DNA of 64,000 nucleotides, from the NCBI GenBank assembly GCA_964019335.1, contig OZ025670.1, positions 1-64,000 on the forward strand, written 5' to 3'. Each line of letters opens with the position of its first letter. Position 1 is the stretch's first letter. The notes under the pieces were generated by a model. It made no database searches, was not told the DNA's origin, and saw only the letters and a list, made by a program, of their open reading frames with translations. The translations under genes and the position numbers were made by a program. This DNA is from Diplonema japonicum (Eukaryota > Protista > Euglenozoa: Diplonemea). Positions 57,033 to 64,000 of this stretch are shown here, in pieces.

Positions 57033-59408
57033 ATGGGAGGCAACTCTGTCGCAAGCCAATGGCACTCCGCCTTGCAACTAGCAGTTGCATACTACGCAGC
57101 AGTTTTGTGGTTCAACGATGGGCTTCTTGGTGTGTGGAAGGACACCCTGAGGCATGAGTACTTAGTTATCTCTGACTTCCTGTTGGAGAAAAAGATCATT
57201 CCGAATGAAGAGGTGGGTGAGAGGTGGCCTGCTGTTATGGCTGTTGCTGGGTGGCACACAGCTGTCATTATCGCAGGCCTCGTAACGGGCAACACTTTGA
57301 AGCGCATGAGAGTCTGGGTTGGGATGCTGCTGTGGATGGCCATCAGCGCACTTGCCGCCACATGCATGTTCTTCGTCCTGCAGGAGAGTTACGAGTCTAA
57401 CGAGGGGGGGATGCTTGCATTGGCTAAGGCTATGTACTGGCCTACTGACATCGAAGACTCGTCATTTTACTTCTCAGCTCTTGGGTCCGGCACAATGCTG
57501 GTTTGGTACTGGGTAGCCATCCTCCTTGCTACAATGGACCCAGAAGACGAGGGTCTTGCATCTGCAGTGGTCGCAAGGTACCTCCCTAGAATTGTAGGCT
57601 TCTACATCCTGAGTCTTGTATTCTTCAGGTTCGGGTGCGTTCCCTTGTGGAATACCTTCGGCGAGTACAGCCCGCTGAGCTCCACGTTGCATGCTGAAGC
57701 AAACCTGTCAGGGAGTATCTCTTCGCTGACAAAACTTGCAAGTGTCACGCACACATTGGTGTTGGTGATGGGCTGTGTCTGCTGCAGCATTACCAACTCT
57801 ATTATCAGGAAAATGCCGTGCTCACCGCAGGGCGTCAAGAGCAGGATTGCTGTGAGCAACATCATGGTGCTGGCCATGTTGTGTCTGACCTTCATTGCCA
57901 TCTTCGCGCAATGGGTGCTCTTCGCACTGGCGAACGATGTGTCGCACGTGGTTGAGTTTGCTAAATCTTTCGTCAAAGCAGACGCCGTGCAGGCGACTAG
58001 CGACGGCAACTGGTCTGAGGTGCACACGCTGGTGCTGTTCTCCTACACAACATGGTTCGCAGGAGGTGTGCTCTTCGAGCAGGCATGGAGCGGCTCTGCA
58101 ACTAACGAAGTACCCACGAGCACGGCAGGCCCTCAAGCAGGCATGTCGCTTGCATCTTTCGCAATCACGCTTATCCTCATTGCCCTCCCCATTGCATGGA
58201 GGGGTGGTGCTCTTGGTGCAGTCGGCCTTGTTATCCTTCTTTGGCCGCAAGCGGCCCTTGCCAACCATGAGAAGTATAAGTGGGGCAAGGCTGCTCAGAA
58301 GGACGCTTTCAAGCAGTGCTCGTTCGACAAGGCGGCAGCTGACTGCCCTCGCACGGGCGATCAGTACCTCATCATCGGCGTCGGTTTCGTCGGCATCAAG
58401 TTGGTTGAGAAGCTGCTGGCAAGGGGTGAGACGAAGATAAGGTGCTTCGACATCGTGCCAAAGAACCCCTTCGAGAACAACCCCAATGTACAGTACATCA
58501 GAGGGGATGTGACCAAGATGGACGACCTGCAGTCCGCCTGCAAAGGAGTCCAGACCGTCATCACCACCTTTGCTGTCATCAGGTTCTGGGAGAGGCTCAA
58601 CTACCAGGCTGCATTAAACTACAAAATCAACACTGAAGGGACTAGGAACGTGATCAAAGCGTGCAAGGACCAGAAGGTGAAGTTCTTGGTGCAGACGAGC
58701 ACATCTAACGTGATGGCAACGCCCATCTACAACAAGCCGGGGATGGACGAGGAGTCTCCGCTTGTCACAAGAGAGACATGCCACAACCACTACGGGTGGA
58801 CCAAGGCTCTGGCAGAGACCGCTGTGAGGGAAGCAAACTGCAAAGAGATGAAAACGGTAGCGATCAGGCCTTGCAGTGGGGTGTTCGGTGTGAACGACAA
58901 GAACGCGATCGATAGGTTCCTCACCAACCGCTGCATGGCTGTGACATTCCCCCGTGACAGGATCGACTGGGTGTTTGTTGAGAATGTAGTGTTGGGGCTC
59001 TTGAAGGGTGAGGCCAGGCTGCAGGACGGCACCCCAGGGGTGGCAGGAGAGGCCTTCAACATCACCAACGGCCAGATATTGTCCTACTGGGAGCTTGCTG
59101 AAGGGTTCCATCATTACTACAACAACTGGAGCTATGTCATGATGAGGTGCCCGGACCTGTTCTTGAAGGTGCTCGCTAGGATTGTGGAGTTCATCACGTG
59201 GGCTACCAAGGGCAGGGTCACTGGGGCTCTCCTGGGCATTGACTTCCTTACACCTGCAACGCTTATCACAGCAGCAATGGAGTTCTCTTGTACATCGGAG
59301 AAGGCGCGCAAGAGACTGAACTACGTACCTGCCTACACTATCGAGGAAGGCCTCCAGAAGTGCGCTGCCATCCTCCGTGGCGAATACGTCGAGAGCAAGC
59401 AGGAATGA
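57033..59408 (+). CDS. 3-beta-hydroxysteroid dehydrogenase/decarboxylase-like SDR fused to a ~10-TM N-terminal domain, 791 aa
   Basis: YLIIGVGFVG, GDVT, NTEGTRNVIKAC, TSTS, YGWTKALAE (YxxxK), GEAFNITNG; residues ~1-405 are hydrophobic. Confidence 0.85.
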   Translation: MGGNSVASQWHSALQLAVAYYAAVLWFNDGLLGVWKDTLRHEYLVISDFLLEKKIIPNEEVGERWPAVMAVAGWHTAVIIAGLVTGNTLKRMRVWVGMLLWMAISALAATCMFFVLQESYESNEGGMLALAKAMYWPTDIEDSSFYFSALGSGTMLVWYWVAILLATMDPEDEGLASAVVARYLPRIVGFYILSLVFFRFGCVPLWNTFGEYSPLSSTLHAEANLSGSISSLTKLASVTHTLVLVMGCVCCSITNSIIRKMPCSPQGVKSRIAVSNIMVLAMLCLTFIAIFAQWVLFALANDVSHVVEFAKSFVKADAVQATSDGNWSEVHTLVLFSYTTWFAGGVLFEQAWSGSATNEVPTSTAGPQAGMSLASFAITLILIALPIAWRGGALGAVGLVILLWPQAALANHEKYKWGKAAQKDAFKQCSFDKAAADCPRTGDQYLIIGVGFVGIKLVEKLLARGETKIRCFDIVPKNPFENNPNVQYIRGDVTKMDDLQSACKGVQTVITTFAVIRFWERLNYQAALNYKINTEGTRNVIKACKDQKVKFLVQTSTSNVMATPIYNKPGMDEESPLVTRETCHNHYGWTKALAETAVREANCKEMKTVAIRPCSGVFGVNDKNAIDRFLTNRCMAVTFPRDRIDWVFVENVVLGLLKGEARLQDGTPGVAGEAFNITNGQILSYWELAEGFHHYYNNWSYVMMRCPDLFLKVLARIVEFITWATKGRVTGALLGIDFLTPATLITAAMEFSCTSEKARKRLNYVPAYTIEEGLQKCAAILRGEYVESKQE

Positions 59409-60387
59409 TCCAAGTGTCGTGATCGGCACTTTCGTTGTGTACCCCAATAGCAATGTGGCGTTCTTTCCCCTTTTTTTTTTCATTTGATCTTCTCCTCATT
59501 CCCTTTTCCTTTTTCTTTTCACCCCTTGTGCATGCACTGTTGCAGTTGGCAGACGACTTCTGGCTAAATGCCCGGGCAAACCTTACTAACAGCCCCATAT
59601 TAGTCCTCAGCCCAAAGGTGTATGTATGCCCCAAGAAAACAGGAAAAAAAAGAAGGGAAAAAAACAAGCAAAAAAAAAAAAAAAAAAAAAAAAAGCAATG
59701 AAACTTTAAAAGAAACATAGTTTACACAATAATAACAAATACCTTTCTCGACTTTTTTTCCTCTTTCCCCCCCCCTTTTTTTTCTTTTCTTAAATCGGCT
59801 CGGATACTTAATAGTGTCTCACAGGGCCTGAGCACAGGTCCCCCATGTACCCGAGAGAGGGTACAGAAACATGGGATACAAAAAAAAAAGGAGGGTGTGT
59901 GTTATGTAATGGTGTTTTATGTTATTTTAATCGTTGATTCATAGTGTAAGCACTGCTTCTGGCACGAGTTTAAAGGGCCGGTTTCCTGGTGGTTGACACT
60001 CTATAGTCTTTTTTTTTTTTTTTTTTAATCTATTCATTCTTTGTTTTCCTTCGCGTTGTTCGATTGCTTTTGAACCTCCCCAGTGCCGTGAATCCCGCGT
60101 GTGGTGTGACTTCTCCGTGTTGGCGCACGGATGAACAGCCTCGTCAGTGAAAGTGCCGTTGTTCTCTTGTGCCACTCGTATTTCTCAATATTTTGCTGTA
60201 ATAACGAAAAAGTGCGGAGTTTTTTTTTCGGCACCTGGAAATGTTCTGTCCGGGTTCTTCTTAAAGGCCAGTTTTTTTTCTGGCCGACCCGGCGTCAGAC
60301 ATTATTCACTTTTTACAGTATTTTGTTTCTTTTCTCTATTTTTTTCCCTCTCTTCCATCTATTTATTTCCCCCATGCACTAGGTGAC

Positions 60388-61803
60388 ATGCCTCTTACAG
60401 AGCTCGATGAGAAGCTTGTGGAGGAGATTGCTGCGAGCCACCCAAAGCTGACTTCCCTGTCTCTTAGAGACAATAAGCTGTCTGAGACGGGGAAGCACCT
60501 GAACACATTGCACCACCTCACAAAGTTGGACCTCAGCAACAATGTTTTGCACACTATAGCTGGTTTGAACCTCCCACGGTTGGCTGAATTAAAACTCAAG
60601 GGAAACCTCCTGCACAGCTTGGCGGGTATCGATGGCTGCCCAGCACTGGAGCTGCTTGACGTGAGCGATAACACGCTTGTCTCGTACGATGAATGCCGTG
60701 CGCTGCCCCGCCTGAGGCATCTGAAAAAAGAAGGCAACCCACTCAGCATTGCTGTTCCTGAGCTCTGCTTGCTGCTGCCCTCCCTCCAAATAATAGACGA
60801 CGTGCATCTCAGTGCCCCCCCCGACGATGCCCGTGTAGAAGACACGCTGCCCAGCTTTGCTAGCTGCACTGCATCAACAGATGTCAGCGTGAGCGCTGTG
60901 CTGCAGGAACTCGGCCTGTCCATGAAGGACGACCTGTCCTTTCCGTGCACACCACGAGACGATGTCTCATCCCTGCAAGGTTCACCAGGGACGGACTTCC
61001 TCTTGCCACATGTGGCGGAAATTATGGTGCCCCCAGATTTCGAAAGGACTATTGAAGGCAATTCGAGTAAAGAACCTGAACCTGAAACGGAAGTAAAACC
61101 AGATGAAACGGAACGGGTGACAACACCCACACGACAGGGTGTGGCAATCGGGATTGAGACCGACAAGATGGAGAAGGGCGACAAAAGTGTACAACACGTG
61201 CTTTCGGTGCAGCAGGCGGGGGTGCAGGTGCAGGCCACACACGTTTCACAAGAAGTGCAAGCGACCTCGAGTACAGCATGTGTAATGACGGAGACAGATG
61301 CCCCACAGATGAAGCAAAGGGGCACCAGTGCGATGGGTGTTGCTGCGAAAACAACCAGTACTCAAACAGATCCCGAGACACCGCCCGAGCCAGACACGGG
61401 CATGCTGGATATGATAAAAACCTGTCGTTGGGAGATAGAGGCTTCAGCAGCCAGAGTTACAGAAACGGAACACAAACTAGAACTAGCGAGAGAACATGTG
61501 GCGCTCTTGCAACGTGAGCTGTCCACATTGAAAGTGGACCATAGCACGCTGACGTGTACTTCTTCGTTACTTAAAGCAGAACTCCAAACAGCTGAGGAGG
61601 CTGCATTAGTCAGCCAACAGCTTAGCTCTCAGCGTGAGGCAGAGCTGGCAGAAAAGCAATCTGTTATCCATACACAACAATCCCTCATGCACACGCTCCA
61701 GACAGAGAAGAAATCCCTGCTTAGTGCCCTCGCTGTGTCCACACGGTGTGATGATCCAAATGCCGCTCTGTTGCTATCCGACACCTTGCTGGGCATGCCT
61801 TGA
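60388..61803 (+). CDS. Leucine-rich-repeat plus coiled-coil protein, 471 aa
   Basis: LxxLxLxxN repeats (LTSLSLRDN, LTKLDLSNN, LAELKLKGN, LELLDVSDN); LRR cap LPSLQIID. Confidence 0.85.
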   Translation: MPLTELDEKLVEEIAASHPKLTSLSLRDNKLSETGKHLNTLHHLTKLDLSNNVLHTIAGLNLPRLAELKLKGNLLHSLAGIDGCPALELLDVSDNTLVSYDECRALPRLRHLKKEGNPLSIAVPELCLLLPSLQIIDDVHLSAPPDDARVEDTLPSFASCTASTDVSVSAVLQELGLSMKDDLSFPCTPRDDVSSLQGSPGTDFLLPHVAEIMVPPDFERTIEGNSSKEPEPETEVKPDETERVTTPTRQGVAIGIETDKMEKGDKSVQHVLSVQQAGVQVQATHVSQEVQATSSTACVMTETDAPQMKQRGTSAMGVAAKTTSTQTDPETPPEPDTGMLDMIKTCRWEIEASAARVTETEHKLELAREHVALLQRELSTLKVDHSTLTCTSSLLKAELQTAEEAALVSQQLSSQREAELAEKQSVIHTQQSLMHTLQTEKKSLLSALAVSTRCDDPNAALLLSDTLLGMP

Positions 61804-61881
61804 TGTAGTTTGTTTTTCTCAAAACATCCATCATGTATTATTTTGTTCTACGTTCTCATTTTACTACACCACAGACCCACA

Positions 61882-64000
61882 ATGTCTTCATATGTCACTG
61901 AAGAGCAGCTGCGCCAGAAGCTCGATGCCGCCCTGCAGAGCGTGCGGACGGTGCTGCACCAGAACCGTGCCCCACAGTTCGCTGGGGACGTGCACCACCA
62001 GTACGAGGACAAGTTCCTGCTGGCAGAGTTTGTAACGCGGGCAGCGTGCGGCGCGGTGCTGAACTCCCTCGAGGTGTTGGGGCTGGACGGGGCGGGGCTG
62101 CGGCAGATGAAGGAGTGGAGCAGAACGAAGGCCGTGACGCTGGAGTTGCGACGAGAGGAGCAGTGCACGTTTGTCAGGAAGACATCGCGGGAGGAGGAGT
62201 CGAAGACGAAGCAGGTGACAAAGATTGCAGGGGTGAAGATGGAGAACAAAACGGTGACGACGATCGTGGAGTGGTTCTGGGACGTGGAGGTGAGCTGGGA
62301 GCTGTGCGCCTACAGTGGGACAGAGAAGGAGAAACGTGTGACGCTGGTGCGGAGGGAGGGGGCTGTGACGCAAGTGAAGACGCTGTCGGAGACGGCGCCG
62401 CACCCGAAGGTGGCGGTGAAGGATAGCATCGCATGTGAGGCGACGTGGCTACTGCAATGCCTGGACGAGGAGCTGAGGGTGGCGTTCAAGGTGAACAGGA
62501 ACGGAGAGGGCTGTCACACCCCAAGAAGGAACAAGGAAGTGGAGAGAGCGGTGGGCTGCCTGGAGCAGATGATGTTGTGGTGCAGCTCTATCGCAAGCTA
62601 CTTCGAGCACCACATCTTCCCGATACAGCAGAAGCACAACCTGGACCTCCCCTCTCTGCGGCAGGTGGAGAGGATCTTCGTCCCCGTGGTCCCCCTCTTG
62701 GAGGCGGTAGAGAAGAATGAGAAGGCGAAGGAGCAGCGGCTGCTAGAGGTACAGAAGGATGGAGGAGAGGAAAAGGAAGGTCAAGGACAAGCACAAGGCA
62801 AACACCTGACGGTGGTCGCTGCAACAAATGAGGAGGAGCAGAGCAAGTGCGCCCTCCCCTTGGGAGACCTGGAAGCCTTCTTGGGGGAGGAGAGGAGGGG
62901 GCTGGCGGAAAAGAAGGACCTGCTCGCGAAAACCTTCCCTGTGGGGGAGGGGGAAGGGAGCGGGAAGCAGGGGCTGATCACAACGGTGGAGGGCCTGCTG
63001 GTGGTGGTGGTGGGACACCTGCGGGAAATCGGGGAGCGGTATCTGCTGGGGGTGGGGTACATCGAGGGGCTGCTGAGGAAGCAGCTGGTGGGGGCGATCG
63101 GGAAGGAGGTAGGGTCCGAGGACTTCGGGGCGTACATGCGGTTCCACAACAGGAAGCTGTTCCAGGAGGAGGTGGGGCCGCGCGGGTTCTGCTACTCCGT
63201 GAGACGGGGGAAGCACAGCCCCGAAGGGGTGGTCAGCATCGAGGCGAAGAAGGGGATGGATTCGGAGCCTGTGGTGACGGTGGTGCGGCGACTGCCGAAG
63301 GTAGCGGGAGAGGGGACGATGCGGTTTGCACTGAACGCGGCAACGACAGTGTCGCTGGGCGGGGAAAGGTACGTGCACGCATACATCGGGCACAGGTTCT
63401 CGACGGAGGCGATGCCAGAGCTGGAGCTGGTGGCGAGGGCACGGCAGTTCAGCGGCTACATCCTGCTGTTGGGGAGGATCGGGGGCAGGGATTTGTTCCT
63501 CCCGCAGCACGCGATGCTGGTGCAGAACAAGGACGACCTGAAGATCCCCCTCATGCTGGACGAGATCCCCACCCCGCAGGAGTTCCAAGATGCGATCGAG
63601 TCCCTGTCCCCCGAGCAGCAGCGCTTTGCGCAGGCCTACCGCTCCATGCAGCTGGAAGCGACATTGTTCGCCGTGTGCGTCGTGCAAATCAAGCCACAGC
63701 TGGAGAGGGTCCTGAACCTTCCCCCCGACAGCCTCACCAAGGAAATCAAGCTCACCCAGGACCTTCTCCAACTCTTCATCGACTACCAGATCTCCAGCGA
63801 CCTCCTGGCCTTCAAAGCAGACCCCATGGAGGACGAGGACACCATACCGGGCACAAGGAAGCTGCACGAAGTTAAAGAACATGTCGCCGCCTTGCAACAG
63901 ATGCTGAAGCAGGCTAAAGAAGAAGAGATCGAGAAGGAACGGATGTCATGCGAAAGAATGATAATGAGGGGAAATACTGAAATAGTATGTACCAGTTTAA
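61882..64000 (+). CDS. Conserved-looking hypothetical protein, >700 aa, runs off the window end (absent from the ORF track)
   Basis: ATG at 61882 opens MSSYVTEEQLRQKLDAAL..HQYEDKFLLAEF..CHTPRRN..ARARQFSGYILL..IPTPQEFQDAIESLSPEQQRFAQAYRSMQLE..QIKPQLERVLNLP; no in-frame stop found up to 64000. Confidence 0.85.
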   Translation, partial: MSSYVTEEQLRQKLDAALQSVRTVLHQNRAPQFAGDVHHQYEDKFLLAEFVTRAACGAVLNSLEVLGLDGAGLRQMKEWSRTKAVTLELRREEQCTFVRKTSREEESKTKQVTKIAGVKMENKTVTTIVEWFWDVEVSWELCAYSGTEKEKRVTLVRREGAVTQVKTLSETAPHPKVAVKDSIACEATWLLQCLDEELRVAFKVNRNGEGCHTPRRNKEVERAVGCLEQMMLWCSSIASYFEHHIFPIQQKHNLDLPSLRQVERIFVPVVPLLEAVEKNEKAKEQRLLEVQKDGGEEKEGQGQAQGKHLTVVAATNEEEQSKCALPLGDLEAFLGEERRGLAEKKDLLAKTFPVGEGEGSGKQGLITTVEGLLVVVVGHLREIGERYLLGVGYIEGLLRKQLVGAIGKEVGSEDFGAYMRFHNRKLFQEEVGPRGFCYSVRRGKHSPEGVVSIEAKKGMDSEPVVTVVRRLPKVAGEGTMRFALNAATTVSLGGERYVHAYIGHRFSTEAMPELELVARARQFSGYILLLGRIGGRDLFLPQHAMLVQNKDDLKIPLMLDEIPTPQEFQDAIESLSPEQQRFAQAYRSMQLEATLFAVCVVQIKPQLERVLNLPPDSLTKEIKLTQDLLQLFIDYQISSDLLAFKADPMEDEDTIPGTRKLHEVKEHVAALQQMLKQAKEEEIEKERMSCERMIMRGNTEIVCTSL

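Noticed and set aside
28530-61325. Long minus-strand ORFs (28530-29405, 58614-59483, 60363-61325 and others)
   Set aside because: Antisense shadows of clear + strand genes, without motifs of their own.
43486-61803. Functional cluster of ciliary genes (C2CD3, STK36, LRR)
   Set aside because: They are interspersed with unrelated genes, and such genes are common in flagellates.
62743-63897. Track ORFs 62743-63897 (-) and 62847-63875 (+)
   Set aside because: Shadow frames of the GC-rich ORF starting at 61882.

Overview
Eukaryotic nuclear DNA, most likely from a euglenozoan protist (diplonemid-like). This is an inference from the one-strand gene order, pyrimidine-tract/AG sites just before start codons, GTATG donors, and PPR, CCHC zinc-knuckle and atypical PDZ-like genes. 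The window has two parts. (1) 1-~7300 is a gene-free, CpG-eroded repeat block. It contains non-autonomous DNA transposons with CAGTG...CACTG ends and 7-bp target-site duplications, one inserted into another copy of itself, and a decayed two-gene remnant resembling a Polinton/Maverick-type virus (minor capsid/penton). (2) 7472-64000 holds 29 protein-coding genes, all on the + strand, often only 48-80 nt apart. They carry 25 inferred GT-AG introns of 29-48 nt, which account for the broken ORFs in the supplied track. Genes include CCDC22, WDR83, a CCHC zinc-knuckle protein, myotubularin-FYVE, a PAK-like kinase, a DnaJ-DUF179 fusion, PPR, C2CD3, STK36/Fused, a metacaspase, a membrane-fused 3-beta-HSD, two apparent pseudo-enzymes (Pth-like, FkbM-like) and a final ORF running off the window end. 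Family assignments come from motif recognition by eye; no database searches were run.
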